DNA of 64,000 bases from Verrucomicrobiota bacterium (GTDB lineage Bacteria > Verrucomicrobiota > Verrucomicrobiia > Limisphaerales > JAXMHQ01), in assembly GCA_046346665.1 (NCBI GenBank), contig JAXMHQ010000001.1:131896-195895 (forward strand), written 5' to 3'. A model generated the notes under the pieces. That model was not told where the DNA came from. It made no database searches and saw only the letters and a list, made by a program, of their open reading frames with translations. Positions 1-9,277 of this stretch are shown here, one piece after another. Made by a program: the position numbers and the translations under genes. Numbering within the stretch: the first letter of the stretch is position 1; the number at the start of each line of letters is the position of its first letter.

Positions 1-300
1 GCGATCATCCAGGGCGGGCTCGGCGTGGCGGCGGGCGGCAATATCAATCCGGATGGCGCCTCGATGTTTGAGCCGATGGGCGGCAGCGCCCCGAAATACA
101 CCGGCCAGAACGTCATCAATCCCCTGGCCGCCATCAACGCGGCGGGAATGCTGCTCGATTTCCTCGGCGAAGCGAAAGCCGGCGCCGCCATCGAAGCCGC
201 CGTCATCCAGGTGATCAATACCAAGATCAAATCCCTGGCGGCAGGCAAAATGGGCTACAGCACGACGGAAGTCGGCGACCTCGTCGCGGCGGCGCTATAG
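1..300 (+). CDS. isocitrate/isopropylmalate/tartrate dehydrogenase family protein, C-terminal fragment (5' end outside window)
   Basis: Frame 1 is open from the window edge. EPMGGSAPKYTGQNVINPLAAINAAGMLLDFLGE matches the conserved GSAP..G..-NP C-terminal core of this family. Confidence 0.75.
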   Translation, partial: AIIQGGLGVAAGGNINPDGASMFEPMGGSAPKYTGQNVINPLAAINAAGMLLDFLGEAKAGAAIEAAVIQVINTKIKSLAAGKMGYSTTEVGDLVAAAL

Positions 301-323
301 GCAGCGCCGGGTTAAGCGTTGCT

Positions 324-399
324 GGTTGCAAGTTGCAGGTTGCAGGTTTGACGCCCGAGAGCGTCTTTTCCTGCAACTTTCAACCTGCAACCTGCAACT
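324..399. repeat. word-periodic hairpin (GTTGCAG family) between convergent genes; likely bidirectional terminator
   Basis: Left arm ggttgcaagttgcaggttgcaggtt. Right arm cctgcaactttcaacctgcaacctgcaact. ~21-nt loop. Confidence 0.8.
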
Positions 400-413
400 C
401 GGTCAAAGTCCGC

Positions 414-1472
414 CTACTTCCTCTTCGCCGTCATGTCCCCTTCCCCGACCGAGAACCGGATTTCGCTGACGGGGTTGGTGCCGACAAAGTCGCATTGCAC
501 GTCGGTGGTGGTGGCGAAGAAATGGGTTGGAGACTCGGCGTGCAGGAGGAACGTGGCGCCGCCGAAGTTGAGGGACAACAGACCGTCGCCGGCCCGCCGC
601 ACCTGGACGAGGTCGTTGTGGCCTCGGTCGTAGTCGCCCGCGTAGCTGTCCAGCAACGCGTCCGGCAGCATCAATTCCTTCCGGCCCTTGCCGATTTCGC
701 GGACCCAAACGTTCCGGTATCGCACCGGGTTGCCGTGATCCTGGAAGGCGATCGGCAATTTCTCCGGGTGGGCTTTGTAGGGTGCGCGCTCCAGCCAGGA
801 GGTCGGCCCGGTGAGTTCCACGTGGTTCTGAACCAGCACGCCGTTTTGGAAAACGGTCAGGAACGCCTTGGAAAGCAGCTTGCCGTCGACGTCAAACCGC
901 GGGGCGGTCCAGACGATGTCGTAGGTCTGCCATTGGCCGGCGGGGCGGCAGACATTCACCAGGGGCGGATACTGTCCGTAAACGGAGGCCGCCGTGCCGT
1001 CCGCGTAACTCTTGCTTTCGTAGGAATCGAGCACCTGGATTTCGTAACGGTCGTAGCCGAAAAACACGCCGCTGTTGCCGCGGCCCTGTCCGCCGCCGTG
1101 CGGCGGCATCGGCGTGCACCATTCCACGTGCAACTGGCAGTCACCAAAACTTTGCAGCGTCCGCACATACCCGCTGCCGGGCACGCATTCCATCGCACCG
1201 TTCTTGATGATCCATTTCGTCGGCTTGCCGTCCATGGCCGCCCATTGCGACAGATCCTTTCCGTCGAACAACACGACCGCATCCGAAGGCGCCTGTCCCG
1301 GCTGTTCCTGGGTGCTGCACGAACCGGGCGTCACGGCCGGGGGCTGCGGCCGCAGCCGGTCGTGTTCCAGCCAGTTCGGATCCGGCTGCGCCTGAACCAG
1401 GGCGGCGCGGCCCGCGACAACGAGGGCGATGCACAGGGACCGGGACAACGGGGAGAGCGGGAATAGTTTCAT
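414..1472 (-). CDS. secreted DUF1080 (3-keto-disaccharide hydrolase-like, ConA/LamG fold) protein
   Basis: Signal-peptide-like start MKLFPLSPLSRSLCIALVVAG at an internal ATG of ORF 414..1547. DUF1080-type motifs are present: LFDGKDLSQW, WIIKNGAMEC, GNSGVFF, YEIQVLDS, NGVLVQN, IAFQDHGNPVRYRNVWVREI. Confidence 0.8.
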   Translation of the reverse strand: MKLFPLSPLSRSLCIALVVAGRAALVQAQPDPNWLEHDRLRPQPPAVTPGSCSTQEQPGQAPSDAVVLFDGKDLSQWAAMDGKPTKWIIKNGAMECVPGSGYVRTLQSFGDCQLHVEWCTPMPPHGGGQGRGNSGVFFGYDRYEIQVLDSYESKSYADGTAASVYGQYPPLVNVCRPAGQWQTYDIVWTAPRFDVDGKLLSKAFLTVFQNGVLVQNHVELTGPTSWLERAPYKAHPEKLPIAFQDHGNPVRYRNVWVREIGKGRKELMLPDALLDSYAGDYDRGHNDLVQVRRAGDGLLSLNFGGATFLLHAESPTHFFATTTDVQCDFVGTNPVSEIRFSVGEGDMTAKRK

Positions 1473-1548
1473 AGAATCAAGTGGGCCGAAGTTATCCGGG
1501 GCGCCCGGCGATGGCAACCTTTCAGCGTTCCCGAACTTTGACAGCATG

Positions 1549-1626
1549 GACAGAATTCACAGAATGAATAGTGCCATGCGGCGTTCCGTTTTCCGGAGTC
1601 ATTCGGTCCATTCGGTTCATTCTGTC
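1549..1626. repeat. word-periodic hairpin (CAGAAT family)
   Basis: gacagaattcacagaatgaata ... tcattcggtccattcggttcattctgtc, imperfectly complementary arms around a 28-nt loop. Confidence 0.7.
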
Positions 1627-1721
1627 AAACCGGATTTTCAAGGGGTCCTGCAAACAAACGAGGGTTCCCCGCGTTGACAATCGGCCGCGGGATACGCAAT
1701 TTGGGGCCGGAAGAACGGATT

Positions 1722-1967
1722 GTGCCCATTTACGAATACGAATTGTGCGACGGGGAGTGCAAGGTCTGCGGGGGCCGGTTCACGCTGCGCCGGCCGCTGA
1801 GCGCACCGCCTTTGGCCCAGTGCCCGGCCTGCAAAAAGCCCGTGCGCAAAATCATTTCCAGCTTCAATTCGCCGATGAAACTCAAGCCGCTTTCGGTGTC
1901 CGACGCGAAGAAGGCCGGGTTCACCGTGCTCAAAAAAGTCAGCAAGGGGGAATATGAGCGCCAATAA
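1722..1967 (+). CDS. FmdB-family zinc-ribbon protein (CxxC...CxxC)
   Basis: (V)PIYEYELCDGECKVCGGRF...CPACKKPVRKI is the typical FmdB/CxxC_CxxC_SSSS N-terminus. A GTG at 1722 gives the canonical PIYEY start. Confidence 0.7.
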   Translation: MPIYEYELCDGECKVCGGRFTLRRPLSAPPLAQCPACKKPVRKIISSFNSPMKLKPLSVSDAKKAGFTVLKKVSKGEYERQ

Positions 1968-2102
1968 CGCCGTCCAGGCGGTCCTGGTGAGAAAAAACAT
2001 TGCGCCATCCCAGCCAATTTGGCTTTATCAGGCGGGCCCGACCGGTGTGTCCGGGCGCCGGCGCCTGAGGATGGGGCTGGGATCGACGGGCAGCCGGGCG
2101 GT

Positions 2103-2387
2103 ATGAACCGACGCCGAATGACGGTGCTGTATTCGGGTCACGTCCAGGGTGTGGGATTCCGTTACGCCGTGAAGTCGACGGCGGCCGGGTATGAACTGGC
2201 CGGGACGGTTCGAAACCTGGCGGATGGGCGTGTGGAGTTGATTGCCGAAGGGCCGAGGGAGGAACTTGAAGCCTTCCGCGCAGCCATCCGGGATTCCGGG
2301 ATGGATCACTTCATCCGGCAGGAAGATGTGGCCTGGAGCGAAGCGACAGGATCGTTTCGCGGGTTTGAAATAGTGAGATCATACTGA
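2103..2387 (+). CDS. acyP: acylphosphatase
   Basis: VLYSGHVQGVGFRYAVKSTAAGYELAGTVRNLADGRVELIAEG is the acylphosphatase signature (V.G.VQGVGFR). The start is taken at the internal ATG 2103. Confidence 0.85.
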   Translation: MNRRRMTVLYSGHVQGVGFRYAVKSTAAGYELAGTVRNLADGRVELIAEGPREELEAFRAAIRDSGMDHFIRQEDVAWSEATGSFRGFEIVRSY

Positions 2388-3109
2388 TGAAGTTCGCGAT
2401 TATAGCCGATATTCACGCCAACCTGGACGCCTTCCAGGTTGTGCTCGAGGACATCAAGGCGCAAAAGTGCACCCACTACGCCTGCCTCGGCGACGTCGTC
2501 GGCTACAACGCCAACCCCAAGGAATGCCTCGAAATCGTCCGCTCCATGGGCATGCCCTGCGTCAAGGGCAACCACGACGAATACTGCTCCAGCAACACGG
2601 CGCTCGACGGCTTTAATCCCGCGGCCGCCGAAGCGGTCAACTGGACCCGGCAACAGCTCAGCGAGGAAGACCGTCAGTGGCTCCGCGACTTGAAATATGT
2701 CCGGATGGTCACCAGCTTTTCCATCGTTCACGCCACGCTCGACGGACCGCAGCGATGGGGTTACGTCTTCGACAAGCTCGCCGCCGCAGCCAGCTTCACC
2801 TACCAGAACACCGCCGTCTGCTTTTTCGGACACACCCACGTCCCGGTCGCCTTCATGCGCGACAACATGGTCCGCGGCGGCACCTACTCCAAGTTCAAGG
2901 TCGAACCGGGCAAGAAATATTTCGTCAACGTCGGCGCCGTCGGCCAGCCGCGCGACAATAATCCCAAATCCGCTTACGTCGTTTACGACATGGACGAGGG
3001 AACGATCGAACTGCGCCGGCTGGAATACGACATCGCGGCGGCCCAGAAAAAAATCCGCGACGCCGGCCTGCCGGAGCGCCTGGCGGAACGGCTCGCCTAC
3101 GGGCGCTGA
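2387..3109 (+). CDS. metallophosphoesterase family protein (YfcE/MJ0936-like)
   Basis: MKFAIIADIHAN...LGDVVGY...GNHDEY...GHTH metallophosphoesterase motifs. The start overlaps the acyP stop (ATGA). Confidence 0.85.
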   Translation: MKFAIIADIHANLDAFQVVLEDIKAQKCTHYACLGDVVGYNANPKECLEIVRSMGMPCVKGNHDEYCSSNTALDGFNPAAAEAVNWTRQQLSEEDRQWLRDLKYVRMVTSFSIVHATLDGPQRWGYVFDKLAAAASFTYQNTAVCFFGHTHVPVAFMRDNMVRGGTYSKFKVEPGKKYFVNVGAVGQPRDNNPKSAYVVYDMDEGTIELRRLEYDIAAAQKKIRDAGLPERLAERLAYGR

Positions 3110-3205
3110 ACCGACATCACCGGCGGACGCGGGTCCCGTCCTTCACACGGACCCCATTCAGGATCCGGCCCGCCTTCGCGGGCCCGGAAACCCTTCGTTC
3201 AACCT

Positions 3206-4222
3206 TTGAAGACCTTGATTCTCAAACCGAGTTCGCTCGGGGATGTCATCCAGGCGCTGCCCGTGCTGCGACTGCTCAAACGGCATCAGCCCGGCAACCA
3301 GGTCTATTGGTGGATCGATTCGGAACTGGCCCCGCTCCTGGAAGGCGACCCCGACCTCGCCGGGCTCGTCCTTTTCGAGCGGCGCCGCTGGACGTCCCCC
3401 CGCCGCTGGCCCGAAGTCTGGCGCAGCGTGCGCTGGATGCGGGATCAACACTTCGATCTTGTCCTCGACCTTCAATGCCTCGCCCGCAGCGGCGCGTTTG
3501 CGTGGCTCGCCAACGGCAAACTGCTCGTCGGACTCGACGACGCCCGCGAAGGCGCGCGCGGCTTCTACGACCTGGTCGTCCGGCGCGAATCCCCGCTCAC
3601 CCACGCCGTCGATTGGTACCTCGGCACCCTCCGCGCCCTCGGCATCCCAACCTCCGGCCGCTTCACCTGGCTGCCTGTCCGCGCCGCCGCCGCGGAGGAA
3701 ATTCGCCGGCGCGATGCCCACAACCATCGCTGGATCGTCCTTCAGCCGGGCGCACGCTGGATGAACAAGCGCTGGCCCGTCGAACACTTTTCCGAACTCG
3801 TCCGCCGGCTCGCCCAAAGCCACCCCGGCCATCGCCTGGCCATTCTCGGCGGAAAATCCGACGCGGAACTTGGCGCCGCCATCACCAGCGCCGCCCCGCG
3901 GGCATGCCTCGACCTCACCGGCAAACTGTCCCTGCCGGAAATGATCGAATGGATCCGGCTCGCGCGGCTCATGATCTCCAACGACACCGGCCCCATGCAC
4001 GTCGCCGCCGCCGTCGGCACCCCGCTCGTCGCCTTGTTCGGCCCGACCGAACCCTGCCGTACCGGCCCCTACGGACAGCTCCGCGAGTCCATCCAGGTCG
4101 CACTCCCCTGCGTTCCGTGCATGAAATCCCAGTGCACCTACGTCCGCCCCCTGGAATGCCTGCGCGCCATCACCCCCGAAATGGTCCACGCCCGCGCCGC
4201 CGCCGCGCTCAAGGACAGGTAA
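3206..4222 (+). CDS. glycosyltransferase family 9 (ADP-heptose:LPS heptosyltransferase-like)
   Basis: ILKPSSLGDVIQALPVLRLLK at the N-terminus and ISNDTGPMHVAAAVGTPLVALFGPT near the C-terminus are classic GT9 motifs. Confidence 0.85.
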   Translation: MKTLILKPSSLGDVIQALPVLRLLKRHQPGNQVYWWIDSELAPLLEGDPDLAGLVLFERRRWTSPRRWPEVWRSVRWMRDQHFDLVLDLQCLARSGAFAWLANGKLLVGLDDAREGARGFYDLVVRRESPLTHAVDWYLGTLRALGIPTSGRFTWLPVRAAAAEEIRRRDAHNHRWIVLQPGARWMNKRWPVEHFSELVRRLAQSHPGHRLAILGGKSDAELGAAITSAAPRACLDLTGKLSLPEMIEWIRLARLMISNDTGPMHVAAAVGTPLVALFGPTEPCRTGPYGQLRESIQVALPCVPCMKSQCTYVRPLECLRAITPEMVHARAAAALKDR

Positions 4223-4223
4223 G

Positions 4224-4388
4224 CTCCAAAAACCTGGTAATGTCCTGATCTGCAATTCGGAAGATGTCCGCTGTACCAGGGCTGCGCCCCGCGCAGCCGG
4301 CACCGCGGAGCGGCGGCTTACCAACCCGTTTGCTCGGTCGAAAACACACCTTTCAACAATAGGATTACCAAAGGGATTACCAAAGATC
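4224..4388. repeat. word-periodic inverted repeat (GGTAATCC/CCAAAG family) with ~110-nt loop containing an inner GC hairpin
   Basis: Left ctccaaaaacctggtaatgtcctgatc. Right aggattaccaaagggattaccaaagatc. The inner hairpin is ggctgcgc-cc-cgcgcagcc. Confidence 0.65.
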
Positions 4389-4424
4389 TTGCGACTTTCC
4401 CGCGTCCCCCTACAGTAGAGTTTC

Positions 4425-5348
4425 ATGAAGATTCCAGCTTTCGTCCTGGCCTTCTGGCTGGCGCTAACCGCCGCCGCCACAGCCCAGGTCTCCGTCGAAG
4501 TGGTGCTCGACCAGGAACATTTCCTCCCCGGCGAAACCATGAACGTCGCCGTCCGCATCATCAATCGATCCGGCCAAACCCTCCAACTGGGCGCCGACCC
4601 CGACTGGCTCACGTTCGCGGTGGAATCCAAGGACGGTTATGTGATCCTGAAAAACGGGGATGTGCCCGTCGTGCAACCCTTCACGCTGGAATCCTCCAAG
4701 CGCGCCACGAAGCATGTCGACCTGGCCCCCTACTTCAACCTCACCAAGGAAGGCGCCTACACGGTTTCCGCGACGGTGAACATCAAGGAATGGAACCGCC
4801 AGTTCACCAGCCAGGCGCGCATGTTTGAAATCATCAGGGCCGCTTCGCTGCGGGACATTGAAGTGGGCGTGCCGCGCCCCGCGGGTTCGACCAACTCCGA
4901 ACCCCAGCTCCGGAAATACAGCCTGCTCCAGGCCAATTACCTCCGAAAAACCCTCGTGCTCTACGTCCAGATCACCGACGGCGCCGGCAAACTCAAACGC
5001 GTCTTCCCCATCGGCCCCATGATCTCGTTCGGACAACCCGAACCGCAGATCGACAAAGACAGCAATCTCCACATTCTCTACCAGAGCGGCCCGCGCCTGT
5101 TCCGCTATTTCATCATCACGCCCGACGGCGAAGTCATCGGGCGCCAGACCTACGAATTCACAAACCGCCCGCGGTTGAAGGTGGGAGAGAATTCGCAGAT
5201 CTCTGTGGAAGGCGGACGCCGCCGGATCACGGACGAGGATATCCCGTCGCCCGACGCCGCCGATGCAGCCGGGACAAATTCGCCCGCCCTTCCGGCCACG
5301 AACGCCGCTCCGGCTTCGGCGCCGCCTCCCGCACCAGCCGTTAAATAA
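4425..5348 (+). CDS. secreted hypothetical protein (signal peptide, Pro/Ala-rich tail)
   Basis: MKIPAFVLAFWLALTAAATAQ signal peptide, GC3-rich coding frame, C-terminal low-complexity PALPATNAAPASAPPPAPA. No family recognised. Confidence 0.6.
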   Translation: MKIPAFVLAFWLALTAAATAQVSVEVVLDQEHFLPGETMNVAVRIINRSGQTLQLGADPDWLTFAVESKDGYVILKNGDVPVVQPFTLESSKRATKHVDLAPYFNLTKEGAYTVSATVNIKEWNRQFTSQARMFEIIRAASLRDIEVGVPRPAGSTNSEPQLRKYSLLQANYLRKTLVLYVQITDGAGKLKRVFPIGPMISFGQPEPQIDKDSNLHILYQSGPRLFRYFIITPDGEVIGRQTYEFTNRPRLKVGENSQISVEGGRRRITDEDIPSPDAADAAGTNSPALPATNAAPASAPPPAPAVK

Positions 5349-5353
5349 AAAAA

Positions 5354-5390
5354 TCAGGGGAATAAAAGCGCGCGGCTCTTATTCCCCTGA
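5354..5390 (-). terminator. intrinsic terminator-like hairpin downstream of gmhB (also after the convergent 4425..5348 gene)
   Basis: tcaggggaataa-N13-ttattcccctga (12-bp perfect stem), followed on the minus strand by a T7 run. Confidence 0.75.
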
Positions 5391-5420
5391 CTTCAACTCC
5401 CGCTCCGGGCGTTGCCGGTT

Positions 5421-5966
5421 CTACACGGCCACAGCCGGTCCGGGCACCTGCAATTGGAGAATCTTCTCCACGGCGGCCGTGAAATCCGGCAGCAGGAAAT
5501 CGTGGTGCACCGAGCCCACCCACGGCGATTTCAGCAGCACCGAGGTGCAACCCGCCGCACGCGCCGCTTCGGCATCCTGCCACTTGTCGCTGATCACAAA
5601 CGAACGGTCCATGTCCAGGTGCCACTTGAATTTCGCCTCGATCAACATGCCAGGCTTCGGCTTGCGGCAGGAACAACGGTCCACCTCCGCGTGCGGACAC
5701 ATGAAAATATCGTCGATCGGCAGCGTCCGGCGCAGCGCCTGGTGCATCAAATCCAGTTCACGCCGGGAAATCGACCCGTCGGAAAGCCCCGGCTGATTCG
5801 TCGTCGCTATCAACACAAGACCGGCCGCCTTCAACTGCTTCAGCAGCGGGAGAATCTCCCGGTTGATCTCAAAATCCTTGAGGGTGGCGGGAGTGACTTG
5901 GTGTTGCCGTTCGGTTCGCACTTTATTCAGTACGCCGTCGCGCTCAATAAAAATGCCGAGCTTCAT
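5421..5966 (-). CDS. gmhB: D-glycero-D-manno-heptose 1,7-bisphosphate phosphatase-like HAD-IIIA hydrolase
   Basis: MKLGIFIERDGVLN (DxDGxL-type motif I variant), TNQPG, CPH....C.CRKPKPGM (GmhB zinc/Cys motif), SDKWQDAEAARAAG. The start is taken at the internal ATG 5966. Confidence 0.8.
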   Translation of the reverse strand: MKLGIFIERDGVLNKVRTERQHQVTPATLKDFEINREILPLLKQLKAAGLVLIATTNQPGLSDGSISRRELDLMHQALRRTLPIDDIFMCPHAEVDRCSCRKPKPGMLIEAKFKWHLDMDRSFVISDKWQDAEAARAAGCTSVLLKSPWVGSVHHDFLLPDFTAAVEKILQLQVPGPAVAV

Positions 5967-6205
5967 ATGCCGGGCGAGATAGCATAAACCCGGCCCAGCA
6001 ACGGCCCGGACCAAAAAAAGGAAAATTCACCCCGGGAAATCTGCAGGAGAAAACCCGCCAATCTCAGTTCTGAGACGCAAAACAACCCCGCCCCGCCCTT
6101 CCCCGCCCGCCCGCCGGCATTCCGACTTGTCCCGGTTTCGGGCAGGAATCGTCTCAATCGATAACGCCTAACACCGAGGCCACGGTGCAGCCACCCGAAA
6201 ACAAC

Positions 6206-7258
6206 TCAACGCACCAGGTCGTCGAGCGATTGCACCCCGGCTTGCATCCGTTCGATAACCGGATTGGCCCGGGCCCGCGCATTGTCTTCCGTCTGGCCGG
6301 CAAAAGATTTCATCTTCACACAAATCGCCGCGATCGATTCGCCGTTCCGATCCGTCAACGGCGCCGTGATGGTCACCCACGATTTTCCGCGCGCCCAGTA
6401 ACGGGTGCCCCGCGCTATCACATCCTTCTCCACTTCCGTCCCAGCCCGCCCCACCTCGCCGGGATCGGTCGATGCGATCACCACCGGGGTTGACCCTGGC
6501 TTCTCAACGGTGTAAATCGCCAATCCCAGCAGGCGCGGAAACTCTTTCATCACCGAGGCGATCAGCCTCTGCGCCGGCGCTTCCTCGTGGGTGAACCGCA
6601 CCCGGGCATCGCGAAAATACGTCACCGCGTCCGACTTTGTCCAAAACCCGATCTTTCCCGCCTTCGGCCCCGCGCTGTCGATCAGCCTGATCAGGTCCTT
6701 GCCGTCCAGCGCACAGGTGATCCGGTTTCCCTCGCATTCAACCGACAACTCGTGCCATTCCCCCTTCGAAACGACGATGTCCGGGCCGATCGGCGGCTTC
6801 AATTCACCGTCCACCACCCGGTAACAGCGGAAATTCCCGCCCAACACACTGGCCCGCACCACGGAAAAATTCGATTCGTTCTGAAATCGGAACACCACGC
6901 CGCCCATCTGTTCCAGAGCGCCTCCCACACACTTGAACCGGGTCGTGAATTTGAAATCCCCGAAATCCTCGTTGGTGTAGACCAGGATCGGGTAGTGATC
7001 CGGCAACCCGCTGCGCGCCAACTGCGCCAGCACCGCCTGCTTGCTCACCACCATGGCTTTCGACGTCAACGGCGCCAGCAACGGCGCCACTTCGTCCAGG
7101 ATCACCTTCCAGTCCCCCGGCTTCCCCATCCCCGCCACCGCGCTCCGAAACCCCGGCGGCGGTTGATCCCCGGCTTCCTTGCCAAAATCAAACACCACGT
7201 CCGACCCGCGCACGCGCCCCACCGCCAGGACGGCTAAAATCACAAAAAACAATCGCAT
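6206..7258 (-). CDS. secreted hypothetical protein; N-terminal DUF1080/LamG-like domain plus C-terminal domain of unknown (possibly PDC/Cache-like) fold
   Basis: Signal peptide MRLFFVILAVLAVGRVRG. FGDFKFTTRFK...GGVVFRF...WHELSVECEGNRITCALDG...GKIGFWTKSDAVTYFRDARVRF resembles the DUF1080 pattern. The C-terminal 120 aa are unassigned. Confidence 0.65.
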   Translation of the reverse strand: MRLFFVILAVLAVGRVRGSDVVFDFGKEAGDQPPPGFRSAVAGMGKPGDWKVILDEVAPLLAPLTSKAMVVSKQAVLAQLARSGLPDHYPILVYTNEDFGDFKFTTRFKCVGGALEQMGGVVFRFQNESNFSVVRASVLGGNFRCYRVVDGELKPPIGPDIVVSKGEWHELSVECEGNRITCALDGKDLIRLIDSAGPKAGKIGFWTKSDAVTYFRDARVRFTHEEAPAQRLIASVMKEFPRLLGLAIYTVEKPGSTPVVIASTDPGEVGRAGTEVEKDVIARGTRYWARGKSWVTITAPLTDRNGESIAAICVKMKSFAGQTEDNARARANPVIERMQAGVQSLDDLVR

Positions 7259-7399
7259 CCGGCCTTCATCCTAAGGGATTCTCTCCCCGTCGAGAACCCG
7301 AATTTGCCTACATTTCAAGAAAAACAGGCTCGATTCCTGCTATGTTGGGCGCTGGCGTGGAATTACAAAACTCTTACAGGCCGAACAACATGCGCGGGT

Positions 7400-8617
7400 A
7401 TGGCTAAGATCCTGTTGGTGGAAGACGATTTGGTGATCGCCCGAATCTACCGGCGCAAGCTGGAGGAAGCCGGGCACGAGGTTGCCACGGCGGAGGACGG
7501 CCTGGAAGCGATGAAACAAATCCCGGTCTTCCGGCCCGACCTCGTCGTGCTCGACCTGATGATCCCCAAACTCAGCGGGATCGACGTTCTCAAATACATC
7601 CGTCAACACCCCGATTTCAACCGGCTGCCGGTGGTCGTTTTCACCAACGCATTTCTCAACAAACTCTGGGAGGAACTCACCGCGCTCGGCGTTCAGGAAA
7701 TGCTCCTGAAATCCTCCAGCACACCGCCCCAGCTCATCGCCGCCATCGCGCGCATCCTTCAGCAACACCATGCGCGGGAAATCTCCGCCGCGGATTCCGC
7801 CACGAGCCCCGCTGCCGCCCGGCCCAGCCCGGAATTCCCCCAGCCCCCGCCGTCCCGCAGCAGCGAAAGCGCCTCCCAGTTCCGCCAGCGCATTCAACAC
7901 GATTTCTTCGAACAAATCCCCGTCATCTGCGGCGGCATCCACCTCGCCGGCCGTGATTTTCTCAACGCACCCGATGCCTCCTCACGCCTGCTGCGACTGG
8001 AACCGCTCCGCCGCAAAATCGGGTTTGTCACCCACATGACGTCCATGGCCGGATGTTACCGGCTCGCCCAGCTCTCCAGCGCTTTCGAAGCGCTCCTCTT
8101 CGAACTCCAGTTGAAACCCTCCGCCATCAACGACTCCTCGCGACACACCATCTCGAATACCATCAGCCTGCTCACCTCCGGGCTCAACCTCGCCAACCAG
8201 CCCGACGAACAAAGCCTCACCCCCATCCAGGTGCTCGTTCTCGACGACGACCCCGTCTCCACCCGCGCCCTCGTCGTCACCCTGGACCGCGTCAATGTCA
8301 AAGCCACCGCCCTCGCCAACCCCTTCGAGGCCCTCGAGAAACTTCGCCAGAACCTCTACGACGCCGTCCTGCTCGATATCAATCTCCCCGAAATCACCGG
8401 GTTCGCCGTGTGCGAACAAATGCGCCAGATGCCGCACCACGCCCAGACCCCCGTCATTTTCGTCACGAGCTACGCCGAGTTCGAACCCCGCGCCCGCTCC
8501 ATCCTCAGCGCCGGCGACGATCTCATCGGCAAACCCATCATGCCTATCGAACTGACCGTCAAAGTCATCGCCCACGTGATGAAACAACGCGCCCGCCTCT
8601 CGCCCGCGGTGTTCTGA
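7400..8617 (+). CDS. response regulator with two receiver domains and a central HPt-like segment (REC-HPt-REC)
   Basis: N-terminal REC (KILLVEDD...DLVVLDLMIPKLSG...LLKS). C-terminal REC (VLVLDDDP...DAVLLDINLPEITG...GKP). The central VTHMTSMAGCYRLAQL resembles an HPt H-x-x-(K/S)-G helix. The start is taken at ATG 7400. Confidence 0.8.
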   Translation: MAKILLVEDDLVIARIYRRKLEEAGHEVATAEDGLEAMKQIPVFRPDLVVLDLMIPKLSGIDVLKYIRQHPDFNRLPVVVFTNAFLNKLWEELTALGVQEMLLKSSSTPPQLIAAIARILQQHHAREISAADSATSPAAARPSPEFPQPPPSRSSESASQFRQRIQHDFFEQIPVICGGIHLAGRDFLNAPDASSRLLRLEPLRRKIGFVTHMTSMAGCYRLAQLSSAFEALLFELQLKPSAINDSSRHTISNTISLLTSGLNLANQPDEQSLTPIQVLVLDDDPVSTRALVVTLDRVNVKATALANPFEALEKLRQNLYDAVLLDINLPEITGFAVCEQMRQMPHHAQTPVIFVTSYAEFEPRARSILSAGDDLIGKPIMPIELTVKVIAHVMKQRARLSPAVF

Positions 8618-8630
8618 TTGCCCGCCCGCC

Positions 8631-9059
8631 TCACGTGGGCAAATCCTTGCCGGTCGTGGTCACCGTGAGCTTCCCGTGCTTCACCCCGCGCGCGGCAATC
8701 AACTGGTCCGCTATGTGCCGCACCGCCCCCGCCTGCCCGCGCACAATCAATACCTCCAGGCAATTGTGATGATCTAGGTGCACGTGGACCGTCGACAGAA
8801 TGATGTCGTGATGATCATGCTGGATCCCCGTCAGCGTCTCCTGCACATGCCGGGTGTGATGATCGTACACCAGCGTGATGGTCCCCGCGATCTCGCCCGC
8901 GAGCGACCGGTGCCGGTGCTCCACCAACTGGTCCCGGATCATGTCCGCGATGGCCAGCGACCGGTTGTCGTATCCCTTCTGGCCGACCATCCGGTCGAGT
9001 TGCTCCAGCAATTGCGGCGGCAGCGAAACGCTGAACCGCGTGACGGTGTCCTTTTTCAT
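8631..9059 (-). CDS. nikR: nickel-responsive transcriptional regulator NikR
   Basis: Ribbon-helix-helix N-terminus (RFSVSLPPQLLEQLDRMV..GYDNRSLAIADMIR) and His-rich C-terminal metal-binding domain (HHTRH..HDHHD..HVHLDHHNCLEV). Confidence 0.9.
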   Translation of the reverse strand: MKKDTVTRFSVSLPPQLLEQLDRMVGQKGYDNRSLAIADMIRDQLVEHRHRSLAGEIAGTITLVYDHHTRHVQETLTGIQHDHHDIILSTVHVHLDHHNCLEVLIVRGQAGAVRHIADQLIAARGVKHGKLTVTTTGKDLPT

Positions 9060-9207
9060 TTGAATTCAGCCGAAGCTTAAACGCCGCTGCCGCCGGAGTA
9101 AAGAACCCGTCAGTAGCAGCCGGATTGCAGCCGCCAATGTGAGTTGGCGGAGCCCCCGCTCTCACGATCACGGCTAAGGAACGTCCTTCGCAGGCTTGAC
9201 CCCGGCG

Positions 9208-9252
9208 CCGGAAATATTACCATCCAAATAAAACGTGTTACGGTAATTCCGG
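9208..9252. promoter_or_regulatory. candidate NikR operator / promoter region in the nikR-cbiM divergent gap
   Basis: Imperfect inverted repeat ccggaaATATTACC-N20-GGTAATtccgg in the only AT-rich patch of the gap, ~25 bp upstream of the cbiM start. It is analogous in layout to known NikR dyad operators but not identical to any I can recall. Confidence 0.35.
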
Positions 9253-9277
9253 CGCGGCGGTCTGCGGCGGAGATGTG

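Noticed and set aside
4224-4330. Possible SRP (4.5S) RNA-like segment (cctggtaatgtcc...cggaagatgtccgctgtaccaggg)
   Set aside because: It lacks the conserved domain IV motifs (GGAA/AGCA symmetric loop context, GNAR tetraloop arrangement). It is better explained as the left arm and loop of a word-periodic inverted repeat.
9060-9277. Riboswitch (cobalamin or NiCo) upstream of cbiM, and guanidine/ykkC-type riboswitch upstream of urtA (57076..57588)
   Set aside because: I could not find a B12-box (GCCACTG-like) or the conserved ykkC/NiCo cores by eye. A covariance-model scan would be needed to exclude them formally.
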